Shown: positions 40,570 to 49,713 of the stretch, piece by piece
Position numbering within the stretch: position 1 is the first letter of the stretch
Layout: each line of letters starts with the position of its first letter
Assembly: GCA_045599945.1 (NCBI GenBank)
Contig: JAZRWY010000029.1
Location: 6 to 64,005, forward strand
DNA length: 64,000 nt
Origin: Anaerovoracaceae bacterium
GTDB taxonomy: Bacteria; Bacillota; Clostridia; Peptostreptococcales; Anaerovoracaceae
Direction of reading: 5' to 3'
The notes under the pieces: generated by a model
Told to the model about the DNA's origin: nothing
Databases searched by the model: none
What the model saw: the letters and a program-made list of their open reading frames with translations, nothing else
Made by a program: the position numbers and the translations under genes

Positions 40570-40875
40570 TTAATCGATTTCCTGTCCGCTCTTCTTGGAA
40601 TAACGAACCTTTTTATCTCCAGCCATCTTGTATCCAACTCTTGTTGGAGCCTTAGCCTTCTGATCATAGAACATTACGTTTGAAGCGTCGATAGGGCCTT
40701 CCTGATGCTTGATTTCAGCAGCGGATGTTCTCGTCTGCTTTGCATGCTTGCTCTGAATGTTCACGCCTTCAACGATTACTCTGTTTTCCTTTGGCATTGC
40801 CTTTAAAACCTTGCCGGTCTTACCTTTGTCCTTGCCAGCAATAACCATTACCATGTCGTCTTTCTTGATACGCAT
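40570..40875 (-). CDS. rplX: 50S ribosomal protein L24
   Basis: Begins [24 protein letters not shown]. Confidence 0.96.
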   Translation of the reverse strand: MRIKKDDMVMVIAGKDKGKTGKVLKAMPKENRVIVEGVNIQSKHAKQTRTSAAEIKHQEGPIDASNVMFYDQKAKAPTRVGYKMAGDKKVRYSKKSGQEID

Positions 40876-40886
40876 CCTGTTACCTC

Positions 40887-41255
40887 CTATAATACTTCCG
40901 GTGCCAGTGACACGATCTTCATAAAGCCTTTTTCTCTCAGTTCTCTTGCAACAGGTCCAAAGATACGAGTTCCCTTAGGAGTCTTGTCTTCCTGGATGAT
41001 AACTGCTGCGTTCTGGTCGAACTTTACGTAGCTGCCGTCTGCTCTTCTTGCACCTGTCTTTGTTCTGACAACTACAGCTTTAACTACATCACCTTTTTTT
41101 ACAACGCCGCCCGGTGTTGCTTCCTTTACAGCACAAACGATTACATCACCGATGTTTGCATACTGACGGCTGGTTCCGCCTAAGATTCTGATGCAGAGTA
41201 ATTCTTTTGCGCCTGAATTGTCAGCAACTCTTAATCTTGTTTCAGTCTGAATCAT
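40887..41255 (-). CDS. rplN: 50S ribosomal protein L14
   Basis: Begins [27 protein letters not shown]. Confidence 0.97.
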   Translation of the reverse strand: MIQTETRLRVADNSGAKELLCIRILGGTSRQYANIGDVIVCAVKEATPGGVVKKGDVVKAVVVRTKTGARRADGSYVKFDQNAAVIIQEDKTPKGTRIFGPVARELREKGFMKIVSLAPEVL

Positions 41256-41271
41256 TTTCTAGTTGCCTCCT

Positions 41272-41532
41272 TTACTTAACCTTTTCTACGATGTTCACAA
41301 GTCTCCATCTCTTGTCCTTGGAAAGAGGTCTTGTTTCCATAATTCTAACTTTATCGCCGATCTGACATTCGTTGTTTTCGTCGTGAGCCTTTACCTTCTT
41401 GGTTCTCTTTACTGCCTTGCCGTAAAGGGAATGTCTTACGAACTCTTCAACTGTAACTACGATTGTCTTGTCCATCTTATCTGATGTTACCATGCCAACC
41501 ATGGTCTTTCTTCTGTTTCTATCTACTGCCAT
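41272..41532 (-). CDS. rpsQ: 30S ribosomal protein S17
   Basis: Contains [20 protein letters not shown]...[16 protein letters not shown]. Confidence 0.96.
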   Translation of the reverse strand: MAVDRNRRKTMVGMVTSDKMDKTIVVTVEEFVRHSLYGKAVKRTKKVKAHDENNECQIGDKVRIMETRPLSKDKRWRLVNIVEKVK

Positions 41533-41550
41533 AATACATCCTCCTTTCTA

Positions 41551-41745
41551 CTATTTAGCAAGTTCCTTTTCTCTGATGATTGTCTTTACTCTAGCGATTT
41601 CTCTCTTTGTTTCTCTAAGCAGTACTGGGTTTTCAAGCTGTCCAGTAACATGCTGGAATCTTAAGTTGAATAACTCCTTCTTCATGTTTTCAAGTTCAGC
41701 GTTCAGTTCAACTTCTGTCATTTCTCTCATCTTCTTTAATTCCAT
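41551..41745 (-). CDS. rpmC: 50S ribosomal protein L29
   Basis: 64 aa containing [20 protein letters not shown] and ARVKTIIRE. Confidence 0.95.
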   Translation of the reverse strand: MELKKMREMTEVELNAELENMKKELFNLRFQHVTGQLENPVLLRETKREIARVKTIIREKELAK

Positions 41746-42179
41746 TATGCTTCACCACCCTCTACTTTTTCATCTGCCTTCATGGCAAACTTTGACTTGA
41801 TAGGGAGCTTGTGAGAAGCAAGTCTGATAGCTTCTCTTGCCTGAGCTTCTGTAACGCCTTCGATTTCAAACATTACTCTGCCTGGCTTAACTACTGCTAC
41901 CCAGTATTCAGGTACACCTTTACCGGAACCCATTCTTACGCCTGCCGGCTTCTTGGATACTGGCTTGTGTGGGAAAATCTTAATATATACCTTACCACCT
42001 CTCTTGATCGATCTTGTCATTGCAACTCTGGCTGCTTCGATCTGATTAGAAGTGATCCATCCGCATTCTGTAGCAACAAGAGCAAAATCTCCATAAGTGA
42101 TTGTATTTCCCTTTGTTGCCTTGCCCTTCATTCTTCCTCTGTGGACTCTTCTACGTTTAACGCGCTTTGGCATTAACAT
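41745..42179 (-). CDS. rplP: 50S ribosomal protein L16
   Basis: Begins [19 protein letters not shown]. Confidence 0.96.
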   Translation of the reverse strand: MLMPKRVKRRRVHRGRMKGKATKGNTITYGDFALVATECGWITSNQIEAARVAMTRSIKRGGKVYIKIFPHKPVSKKPAGVRMGSGKGVPEYWVAVVKPGRVMFEIEGVTEAQAREAIRLASHKLPIKSKFAMKADEKVEGGEA

Positions 42180-42200
42180 GATGTTGTTCCTCCTTTCTCG

Positions 42201-43058
42201 TTATTCTGCAGCTTCTACTGCTTCAACCTGTGGTTCTTCAACTACTGCTTCTGGCTTTGGAGTCTTTCTAACTCTAGGGTTTACAGCTGGAGCTGCCTTT
42301 GGAGCCTCATCTCTTCTGTCTCTGCGCTCTCTTCTTTCGCCCTTGTTTCTACGGTCGTTTCTTCTTCTGTCGCCCTTTCTGCCCTTTCTGTCCTGCTTTT
42401 CTTCAGGAACCGGATTTACAAGGCCCTTGTCCAGAACTTCACCGTGGTTGATCCAAACCTTTACGCCGAGCTTACCGTAAGTAGTATCTGCTTCAGCAAA
42501 ACCGTAGTCGATATTCGCTCTTAATGTATGGAGAGGAACATTTCCTTCGCTGTACTTTTCGGATCTTGCGATTTCAGCACCACCAAGTCTACCGGATGTG
42601 GTAACCTTGATTCCCTTTGCGCCAGCCTTCATTGTTCTGCCGATTGCCTGCTTCATTGCTCTTCTGAAGGAAACTCTTCTTTCAAGAGCCTGAGCGATGG
42701 ATTCTGCTGTCAGCTGTGCATCAAGTTCTGCTCTCTTCACTTCTTCGATGCTGATTGCAACATCCTTGCCTGTCATCTTTGCAACTGCTGCCTTGATCTC
42801 TTCGATGCCGTCTCCGGATCTTCCGATTACCATTCCCGGTCTTGCAGTTAAGATGATAACTTTCATTTTGTTTTCAGCTTCTCTTTCAATTAAAACCTTT
42901 GAAATTCCAGCTGCATATAACTTTTTCTTTACAAATGTTCTAACCTTGTTATCTTCAATAAGGTTATCTGCAAAATTGTTTTTGTCTGCATACCACTTTG
43001 AATCCCAGTCTTTGATAACGCCGACTCTTAATCCATGTGGATTTACTTTCTGACCCAT
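42201..43058 (-). CDS. rpsC: 30S ribosomal protein S3 with a ~67-aa R/K/E-rich C-terminal extension
   Basis: Begins [24 protein letters not shown] and contains a KH domain. It is 285 aa, against about 220 aa in typical bacteria. Confidence 0.95.
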   Translation of the reverse strand: MGQKVNPHGLRVGVIKDWDSKWYADKNNFADNLIEDNKVRTFVKKKLYAAGISKVLIEREAENKMKVIILTARPGMVIGRSGDGIEEIKAAVAKMTGKDVAISIEEVKRAELDAQLTAESIAQALERRVSFRRAMKQAIGRTMKAGAKGIKVTTSGRLGGAEIARSEKYSEGNVPLHTLRANIDYGFAEADTTYGKLGVKVWINHGEVLDKGLVNPVPEEKQDRKGRKGDRRRNDRRNKGERRERRDRRDEAPKAAPAVNPRVRKTPKPEAVVEEPQVEAVEAAE

Positions 43059-43070
43059 TGATGAACCTCC

Positions 43071-43406
43071 TTAATTCTTTTCTCTTAAAGTTACGCCAAC
43101 GTGACTTGTTCTCTTTAAGATGATTGATGCTCTTCCCTGAGAACCAGCTCTCCATCTCTTCATTGTAGGACCCTGGTTCGCGTAGATTTCTGCAACATAT
43201 AAGTTGTCAGGATTCATCTTGTGATTCTCTTCAGCGTTAGCTGCTGCTGATTTAACAACCTTTTCGAATATTTCAGCACCCTTGCCAGGTGTGAACTTTA
43301 AAATTGTCAGAGCCTCCTGTAAGTCTTTGCCTCTTACCAAGTCTGCTACAGGCTTAAGCTTGATCGGAGACATTCTAACGTACTTTGCTACTGCTTTTGC
43401 TTCCAT
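43071..43406 (-). CDS. rplV: 50S ribosomal protein L22
   Basis: Begins MEAKAVAKYVRMSPIKLKPVADLVRG. Confidence 0.96.
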   Translation of the reverse strand: MEAKAVAKYVRMSPIKLKPVADLVRGKDLQEALTILKFTPGKGAEIFEKVVKSAAANAEENHKMNPDNLYVAEIYANQGPTMKRWRAGSQGRASIILKRTSHVGVTLREKN

Positions 43407-43424
43407 TTTTCTATCTCCTCTCTA

Positions 43425-43697
43425 TTATTTGCTCTTCTTATCTGCTGCATGTCCTCTGTAGTTTCTTGTTGGAGCGAATTCTCCAAGTCTGTGACCTACC
43501 ATGTCTTCTGTAATATATACAGGCATGTGCGTCTTTCCGTTATGGACAGCAATTGTATGTCCCACCATCTGTGGGAAAATTGTGGATGGTCTTGACCAAG
43601 TCTTGATAACTTTCTTTTCGTTAGCTGCGTTCATCTCATCGATAGCCTTTAACAGCTTTGCATCTACGAAAGGACCTTTTTTCAGTGATCTACCCAT
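43425..43697 (-). CDS. rpsS: 30S ribosomal protein S19
   Basis: Begins [12 protein letters not shown] and contains [33 protein letters not shown]. Confidence 0.97.
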   Translation of the reverse strand: MGRSLKKGPFVDAKLLKAIDEMNAANEKKVIKTWSRPSTIFPQMVGHTIAVHNGKTHMPVYITEDMVGHRLGEFAPTRNYRGHAADKKSK

Positions 43698-43714
43698 TAT
43701 TTATTGCTCCTTCC

Positions 43715-44548
43715 TTACTTTTCGTTTCTTCTCTTTACGATGTACTTGTTAGAATCCTTGTTTTTCTTTCTAGTCTTGTAGCCAAGAGCAGGCTTACCCC
43801 AAGGAGTAACAGGACCCTTACGTCCGATAGGTGCTCTACCTTCACCACCACCATGCGGGTGATCGTTAGGGTTCATTACGGAACCTCTTACTGTAGGTCT
43901 GATACCCATGTGTCTCTTTCTGCCGGCCTTACCGATCTGGATGTTACCGTGATCGATGTTGCCAACTTCGCCGATAGTAGCTCTGCATTCGATTCTTACT
44001 TTTCTTACTTCGCCGGAAGGAAGTCTAACCTGTGCGTACTTATCTTCCTTAGCCATCAGCTGCGCACCGTTACCGGCTGCTCTTACCATCTGGCCGCCCT
44101 TTCCAGGCTGCAGCTCGATGTTGTGGATGATAGTACCTACCGGAATGTTTGCAAGCGGTAATGCATTACCAACCTTGATGTCTGCATCAGGACCTGAGTA
44201 GATAACGTCGCCAACCTTCAGCTTGTTTGGAGCGATGATGTATCTCTTTTCGCCGTCTGCATATGTGATTAATGCGATATTTGCAGTTCTGTTAGGATCG
44301 TATTCGATGGCTGTAACATTACCTGCGATACCGTCCTTTGTTCTCTTAAAGTCGATGATTCTATACTTTGGTCTGTATCCGCCGCCCTTATGTCTAACAG
44401 TGATCTTGCCTCTTGAATTTCTTCCGGAGTGCTTCTTCAGAGTAACTGTTAATGACTTTTCAGGTGTTGACTTTGTGATTTCTTCAAAAGTAGAAACTGT
44501 CATTCCTCTCAGACCAGGAGTAGTTGGATTATATTTTTTGATTCCCAT
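43715..44548 (-). CDS. rplB: 50S ribosomal protein L2
   Basis: Contains [15 protein letters not shown] and [18 protein letters not shown]. Confidence 0.97.
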   Translation of the reverse strand: MGIKKYNPTTPGLRGMTVSTFEEITKSTPEKSLTVTLKKHSGRNSRGKITVRHKGGGYRPKYRIIDFKRTKDGIAGNVTAIEYDPNRTANIALITYADGEKRYIIAPNKLKVGDVIYSGPDADIKVGNALPLANIPVGTIIHNIELQPGKGGQMVRAAGNGAQLMAKEDKYAQVRLPSGEVRKVRIECRATIGEVGNIDHGNIQIGKAGRKRHMGIRPTVRGSVMNPNDHPHGGGEGRAPIGRKGPVTPWGKPALGYKTRKKNKDSNKYIVKRRNEK

Positions 44549-44564
44549 GATTGTCTACCTCCTA

Positions 44565-44855
44565 TTAAAGTCCCTGGAAGAATTCGATTTCCTTACTGTT
44601 TGGAGTAAGTGTAACGATTGCCTTCTTTGAAGCAGCAGTCTTACCTTCGTATCTTCCCATTCTCTTTACTTTACCCTTCACGTTCATGATGTTAACCTTT
44701 TCTACTTCAACATCGAAAATCTCTTCGATTGCCTTCTTGACCTGTGTCTTGTTGGCTCTAGGGTCAACCTTGAATGTGTATTTCTTTTCCTGTGCATCAT
44801 CCATTGATTTTTCGGAGATAACAGGCTTTATAATTACGTCGTATGGAGTTTTCAT
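44565..44855 (-). CDS. rplW: 50S ribosomal protein L23
   Basis: 96 aa containing [20 protein letters not shown] and [14 protein letters not shown]. Confidence 0.96.
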   Translation of the reverse strand: MKTPYDVIIKPVISEKSMDDAQEKKYTFKVDPRANKTQVKKAIEEIFDVEVEKVNIMNVKGKVKRMGRYEGKTAASKKAIVTLTPNSKEIEFFQGL

Positions 44856-45478
44856 TATGCATATACCTCCTCGATCTTCTTAATTGCTTCTTCTGTTACG
44901 ATGAAGTTTGTGTAGTTTACGATTTCGTAAACATTCATGGTGCCTACTAAAACAGTTCTTACACCAGGGATATTAGCAGCTGACTTGATAACATTTTCGT
45001 CCTTTTCAGCCATAACGATCAGTGCTTTTCTTGCAGCTCCGATGTTTTCTAATACCTTAACCATTTCCTTTGTCTTCGGTTCTTCAAATGATAATTTGTC
45101 GAGTACGATCATTTCACCATTTGCTACCTTATCGGATAAAGCAGACTTCATTGCAAGTCTCTTTACTTTCTTGTTTACGGAATATCTGTAATCTCTTGGC
45201 TTTGGTGCGAATACTACGCCGCCGCCGATCTGTGAAGGGTCAGTGGAATGTCCCTGTCTGTGACGTCCGGTTCCCTTCTGTCTGAAAGGCTTTCTTCCGC
45301 CTCCTCTGACTTCGCCTCTGGTCTTTGCTGACTGAGTTCCCTGTCTCTGACATGCAAGGTAGTTCTTAACTACTTCGTGAACAGCGTATTCGTTAGGAGT
45401 GATTCCGAAGATCTCATCGTTTAAAACGATTTCACCAGCTTCAGCTCCTGCCATGTTAAGCATCTTTAATGTTGCCAT
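44855..45478 (-). CDS. rplD: 50S ribosomal protein L4
   Basis: Contains [32 protein letters not shown]. Confidence 0.96.
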   Translation of the reverse strand: MATLKMLNMAGAEAGEIVLNDEIFGITPNEYAVHEVVKNYLACQRQGTQSAKTRGEVRGGGRKPFRQKGTGRHRQGHSTDPSQIGGGVVFAPKPRDYRYSVNKKVKRLAMKSALSDKVANGEMIVLDKLSFEEPKTKEMVKVLENIGAARKALIVMAEKDENVIKSAANIPGVRTVLVGTMNVYEIVNYTNFIVTEEAIKKIEEVYA

Positions 45479-45501
45479 TTTTTAGTCCTCCTTTCCAAAT
45501 A

Positions 45502-46131
45502 CTACTGACCTTTAACTGCGTACTGGATCTTAAGTAAGCCGCCCTTGTTTCCAGGTACTGCTCCCTTAACCAGCATAAGGTTTCTTTCTTCAATAACTTT
45601 TACTAATTCAACGTTCTGTACAGTAACAGTTTCTCTACCCATTCTACCAGGAGCAGCATTGCCCTTGAATACTCTGGATGGATATGTACCAGCTGCTAAT
45701 GCACCAGGTAATCTCTTGTGCTTTGAACCGTGGCTCATAGGACCTCTGTGGTGTCCATGTCTCTTGATGTTACCCTGAGTTCCCTTACCCTTTGAAGTAC
45801 CGGTTACGTCCAGTTTCTTTCCTTCTTCGAAGTCTGCAACTGTGATCACCTGACCTACTTCGTAGCTTTCGCCTTCTTCTGTTCTGAATTCAGCTAAGTG
45901 CTTCTTTGTAGCAACGCCGGCCTTTTCAAAGTGACCAGTCATTGGCTTGTTAACTCTCTGTGGTTTCTGATCTTCAAAACCAACCTGAACTGCATTGTAA
46001 CCGTCAGTCTCAACTGTCTTGATCTGTGTTACAACTTCCGGACCTGCTTCGATCACTGTTACAGGAACAACTTCACCTGCTTCAGTAAAGATCTGAGTCA
46101 TTCCGACTTTCTTGCCTAGAATCATTTTCAT
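45502..46131 (-). CDS. rplC: 50S ribosomal protein L3
   Basis: Begins [15 protein letters not shown] and contains TSKGKGTQG. Confidence 0.96.
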   Translation of the reverse strand: MKMILGKKVGMTQIFTEAGEVVPVTVIEAGPEVVTQIKTVETDGYNAVQVGFEDQKPQRVNKPMTGHFEKAGVATKKHLAEFRTEEGESYEVGQVITVADFEEGKKLDVTGTSKGKGTQGNIKRHGHHRGPMSHGSKHKRLPGALAAGTYPSRVFKGNAAPGRMGRETVTVQNVELVKVIEERNLMLVKGAVPGNKGGLLKIQYAVKGQ

Positions 46132-46208
46132 CTTTTATTTTTTCCTCCTAAATTCTTACAGCGGATTGCTCCAGATTTTGAGCAATCATACTAAGGGGAG
46201 TACCCTTA

Positions 46209-46520
46209 CTATAACTTGATTTCAATGCTTACGCCTGCAGGCAGATTTAACTTTGTCAATGCATCTGTTGTCTTTGGTGTAGCATTTGTGATGTCGATCA
46301 GTCTCTTGTGAGTTCTCTGTTCGAACTGTTCTCTTGAATCCTTGTACTTGTGTACTGCTCTAAGGATTGTAACTACTTCCTTCTCTGTTGGAAGTGGGAT
46401 AGGGCCTGATACGTCAGCGCCTGTCTTCTTTGCAGTTTCAACGATAGTTGCTGCACTCTTGTCTAACAGTGCGTGATCGTAAGCTCTAAGCTTGATTCTG
46501 ATTTTCTGTAATTCGCTCAT
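46209..46520 (-). CDS. rpsJ: 30S ribosomal protein S10
   Basis: Contains [18 protein letters not shown]...GPIPLPTEK...[11 protein letters not shown]. Confidence 0.97.
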   Translation of the reverse strand: MSELQKIRIKLRAYDHALLDKSAATIVETAKKTGADVSGPIPLPTEKEVVTILRAVHKYKDSREQFEQRTHKRLIDITNATPKTTDALTKLNLPAGVSIEIKL

Positions 46521-46762
46521 TTTTTCCTCCTGCGATTTTAATTTTTGTACAGTTTTCGCTATGCTTGTACAAGGGGTTCAAACCCTGAAATTTCAACGTG
46601 TAAGGGTTATTTGCCTACTTACTACACGTCGCCGTGTGTTTCCTTCGTTTTTCACACAGAAAAAATCAGGCGAATCCCTACGCATCCGTCCAGCGGATAC
46701 AATTGCTCCATGGAAATATCCAGATAGCACTGCAACTTCCCATATCTTCGCCTAAAGCAAGC
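46521..46762 (-). promoter_or_regulatory. ~240-nt structured 5' leader of the S10 operon with a terminator-like element
   Basis: In the leader RNA, AGGCGAA (46753-46747) pairs with TTCGCCT (46674-46668) and is followed by GATTTTTTCTG. Enclosed sub-hairpins include ATCCG-ctgga-CGGAT. Downstream lie ACACG-GCGA-CGTGT and the palindrome CTTGTACAAG. Confidence 0.55.
46589..46653 (-). repeat. leader segment A (copy of a duplicated ~45-65-nt element)
   Basis: The plus strand reads aatttcaacgt...cgccgtgtgtttccttcgtttttc. It is similar to copy B at both ends. Confidence 0.5.
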
Positions 46763-46768
46763 CTTTAC

Positions 46769-46797
46769 ATTGTAACAAAGGAGTTGCAGCATTGCAA
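46769..46797 (-). promoter_or_regulatory. S10 operon promoter (TTGCAA-17-TGtTACAAT)
   Basis: The minus strand reads TTGCAA tgctgcaactcctttgt TACAAT with an extended -10 TG. Confidence 0.7.
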
Positions 46798-46844
46798 CCC
46801 CTTCCAGAAAACTTTTTTAACTTTTTTTACGCTCAAAACATTGT

Positions 46845-46890
46845 AATTTCAACGTTTATGTTCACACACCGCCTCGTGTTTCCGTTTTTC
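46845..46890 (-). repeat. segment B, a shortened copy of leader segment A located upstream of the S10 promoter
   Basis: The plus strand reads aatttcaacgt ttatgttcacacac cgcctcgtgtttccgtttttc. It shares the 11-mer aatttcaacgt and the cgcc(t/g)(c/t)gtgtttcc..gtttttc block with copy A. Confidence 0.5.
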
Positions 46891-47044
46891 TCCTCCTCTT
46901 GTATGCCAAATCCGTTTTTCCCATTCAAACTACCATATGTAGGGGCTCGGAAACGGTGAAAAAATAGATATTTTCTGACTATTTTCTCCTCCCGATCCAA
47001 AGAGCAGGAGTCATATTAAAACATATTTCTTAAAAAAAATGATT

Positions 47045-47072
47045 GAAAAATACAAAGTCGGCATATTTGTAT
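47045..47072 (-). terminator. weak AU-rich intrinsic terminator candidate after the GTPase-NYN gene
   Basis: The minus strand reads ATACAAA-tatgccgac-TTTGTAT followed by TTTTC. Confidence 0.4.
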
Positions 47073-47099
47073 GGTTTTTACAGCAAACAAGTTTGTTTC

Positions 47100-49712
47100 C
47101 TATTCCTTGTTCATCGCCTCATTGAGAAGCCTTCCCAGCTCGAAGCTCTTCTCTCTTCCGTAACTTTTGATTTCCCGGCGCATCTTTTCAAGAGCATCAT
47201 CTACTTCTGCCTTGAGTTCCATTGCCGTTACTCTCTTTGCTCCTGCACCAAAACTCATAATTTGCACCATGTAATCCGATGACGCAACCAGCACGTCTGC
47301 TTTTTTTCCCAGCTGCGCTGTGAGTTTTTCAATATATGCATCCGCAGTCTGATCCTCTCTGGTATATACAACCGTCAGATCATCGAATTCCTCCACAGAG
47401 CCGATGTTTCCTTTCGCCTTGTATCCATCAAATACAAGGATAATCTTTCGATCCGTATATGCATCAAAGGTCCTGAAAAGCTCTATCATTTCTTCTCTGG
47501 CATAGGATATGACATCTGAAAGGTTCTCCTTCCAGGCAAACATGCAGTTGTATCCGTCGATGAGAAGGTATTTCTCCTTCTCTCTTCCTGCATGGGCTGC
47601 GTAGTTATCGTAGTTCACATGGCCTGCGCTTTCCGCAAGCATTCTGTCCTGGTCCTGCTTTGGCGCCCACCTCTTTGAATGAGGCTTTTTCTTTCCATAG
47701 GTCTTCTCAAAGATGGCCTTCAGCTCATCATCATATACTCCTGCGCTGCTGCTCCTCTCAAAAGAAGAACCTTCCTCTTCACCCTTGACATATCTGTTTA
47801 TGTCAAAAGGCTTGAGATGCATGTAATCCTCCACTTCATTCCATGGTACATAAAACCCTGCGCCATGGGTACAGAAGATGGACCCCGGCTGGTTTTCCAT
47901 GTCCGCCTCAGGATCGTATCCTCTCTCCGCTATGACTTCTTCCGCATTATGGCATTCCTCATATCCGGACAGTCTTGCAAAAAATGAACCTCTGCCCTTT
48001 GTATATGATACAACCTCGCTGTGGTATTCATGCATGGTTGATACTGGGCCTGTACCTGTAAGGATTGTAAGGTCGCCATCCGTCACAGGCTCGTCAAAAC
48101 GGCCGTGCATTCTCTGGATATCTGTCATGGCACGTCCGGCAGATTCGGACGGAACGGTAAGCCTGAAGGAATATACCGGTTCAAGAAGCACCGGTTTGTT
48201 TCTCATCAGCCCATGCCTTATCGCCCGGTATGTGGACTGCCTCATGTCTCCGGGCTCTGTATGCTTTAAGTGATCCTTTCCGGTCAGAAGCGTGATCTTC
48301 ATATCTGTAATGAATGAACCTGTAAGAACGCCCCTATGCTGCTTTTCCATCATGTGGGAAAGAATCAGCTTCTGCCAGTGAGGCTTTAATACATCGTTAT
48401 CTGCAATGGTATCAAATATGAGGCCCTCTCCTCTTGGAAGCGGCTCAAGGAGCAGATGTACCTCCGAATAGTGCTTAAGAGGCTCATAATGGCCGACTCC
48501 TTCTGATACTCCCGATACAGTCTCCGCATATACTATACTTCCTGCACCAAAGGAAACATCCATTCCAAATCTCTCAAGTATAACTTCGTGCAGTATCTCT
48601 GTCTGCACCTTGCCCATCAGGCACAGATTGACGGACGAATCTTCTTCATTCCAGGAGACCTGAAGCTGAGGGTCCTCTTCTTCGAGCTGCTTCATTTTCC
48701 TGTAGGCGTCCTGCATGTCAGTTCCGGAAGGAAACTCCGCCCTGAATCTGAGCGGAGGAATCATCTCCGGAAAATACATTCCTTCTGCATTTCCAAGCCC
48801 CTGGCCGCAATATGTCTTTTCAAGTCCGGCAACTGCTATTACAGAGCCTGCTTCTGCTTTCTGCACCTCGACGTACTTCCCTCCGTCGTAGATTCTGATT
48901 CTATCCACCTTCTCCTGAAGTTCTTCCACCACTTCCTTCGCCGACAGGCTGCCGCCGGTCAGTTTCATGTGGGTAAGACGGGTGCCTTTATCGTCTCTTG
49001 TGATTTTGTAAACGATGGCTCCAAACCCGGGTGAATCATATGCGCATCCTGCATAATCGCCAAGAACAGCCATGAGCGTATCGATTCCTTCCATCTTCAG
49101 GGCCGAACCGAACACAACAGGATGGAGCCTTCCTTCATGGAACAGCTCCGCCAGATCTTCTTTTCCCGGTTTGTTTCCTTCAAGAATCTCATCCAGCAGC
49201 CTTCCCGATTCATCCATCATGGCAATCTCTTCGTCATCCATGTCCGATACATCCTGCGCGCCCTCAGAAAGCTTCTCCCGAATCTCTGCAAAAACAGCAT
49301 CTCTATCTGCACCGCTCTGGTCCATCTTATTGACAAAGATGATTACCGGTATGCCGCTTTTCCGAAGGAGGTTCCACAGGGTATCCGTATATCCTGTGAT
49401 GCCGTCCGCCTGCGAAATGACAAGCACAGCAGCATCCAGTATCTGAAGGGTTCTCTCCATCTCCGATGAAAAGTCCATATGTCCCGGAGTATCTACAAGC
49501 GTAAGCTCCGTATCTCCAATCTGAAAGATGGCCTGCTTCGAATAGATGGTGATCCCTCTCTTCTTTTCAAGTTCCTCTGTATCCAGAAAAGCATCTCCCT
49601 GGTCCACGCGTCCTGCTTTTCTTATTTTACCCGCATGGTAGAGCAGCGCCTCGCTGAGCGTGGTCTTGCCGGCATCTACAGGGGCCAGTATCCCAACTAC
49701 TGCCTTTTTCAT
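47100..49712 (-). CDS. TetM/EF-G-like translational GTPase fused to a C-terminal Rae1/YacP-type NYN (PIN-like) ribonuclease domain
   Basis: The N-terminal G motifs are APVDAGKTT, RGITI, DTPGH and NKMD, followed by EF-G/TetM-like domains II-V to about aa 640. The C-terminal 157 aa (47103-47573) contain KYLLIDGYN, ILVFDG, EDQTADAYIEKL and LVASSDY, resembling B. subtilis YacP. The start is taken at the ATG of MKKAVVG; TTG alternatives lie 6-12 nt upstream. Confidence 0.85.
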   Translation of the reverse strand: MKKAVVGILAPVDAGKTTLSEALLYHAGKIRKAGRVDQGDAFLDTEELEKKRGITIYSKQAIFQIGDTELTLVDTPGHMDFSSEMERTLQILDAAVLVISQADGITGYTDTLWNLLRKSGIPVIIFVNKMDQSGADRDAVFAEIREKLSEGAQDVSDMDDEEIAMMDESGRLLDEILEGNKPGKEDLAELFHEGRLHPVVFGSALKMEGIDTLMAVLGDYAGCAYDSPGFGAIVYKITRDDKGTRLTHMKLTGGSLSAKEVVEELQEKVDRIRIYDGGKYVEVQKAEAGSVIAVAGLEKTYCGQGLGNAEGMYFPEMIPPLRFRAEFPSGTDMQDAYRKMKQLEEEDPQLQVSWNEEDSSVNLCLMGKVQTEILHEVILERFGMDVSFGAGSIVYAETVSGVSEGVGHYEPLKHYSEVHLLLEPLPRGEGLIFDTIADNDVLKPHWQKLILSHMMEKQHRGVLTGSFITDMKITLLTGKDHLKHTEPGDMRQSTYRAIRHGLMRNKPVLLEPVYSFRLTVPSESAGRAMTDIQRMHGRFDEPVTDGDLTILTGTGPVSTMHEYHSEVVSYTKGRGSFFARLSGYEECHNAEEVIAERGYDPEADMENQPGSIFCTHGAGFYVPWNEVEDYMHLKPFDINRYVKGEEEGSSFERSSSAGVYDDELKAIFEKTYGKKKPHSKRWAPKQDQDRMLAESAGHVNYDNYAAHAGREKEKYLLIDGYNCMFAWKENLSDVISYAREEMIELFRTFDAYTDRKIILVFDGYKAKGNIGSVEEFDDLTVVYTREDQTADAYIEKLTAQLGKKADVLVASSDYMVQIMSFGAGAKRVTAMELKAEVDDALEKMRREIKSYGREKSFELGRLLNEAMNKE

Positions 49713-49713
49713 C

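Noticed and set aside
46585-46597. The 13-mer CTGAAATTTCAAC, containing the palindrome TGAAATTTCA, occurs in the S10 leader and again at 63757-63769 upstream of the NCS1 permease gene
   Set aside because: A rough count of possible 13-mer pairs in 2 x 64 kb predicts on the order of a hundred chance repeats of this length. The sequence is AT-rich and low in complexity. There is no positional argument for a shared regulator.
47100-49712. Calling the TetM-like GTPase a tetracycline-resistance ribosomal protection gene
   Set aside because: Similarity is at family level only: G1 is APVDAGKTT rather than AHVDAGKTT, and the rest of the sequence is divergent. The protein carries an extra NYN nuclease domain. 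It sits in a core miaB / r-protein context with no mobile-element hallmarks. Resistance cannot be inferred from the sequence.
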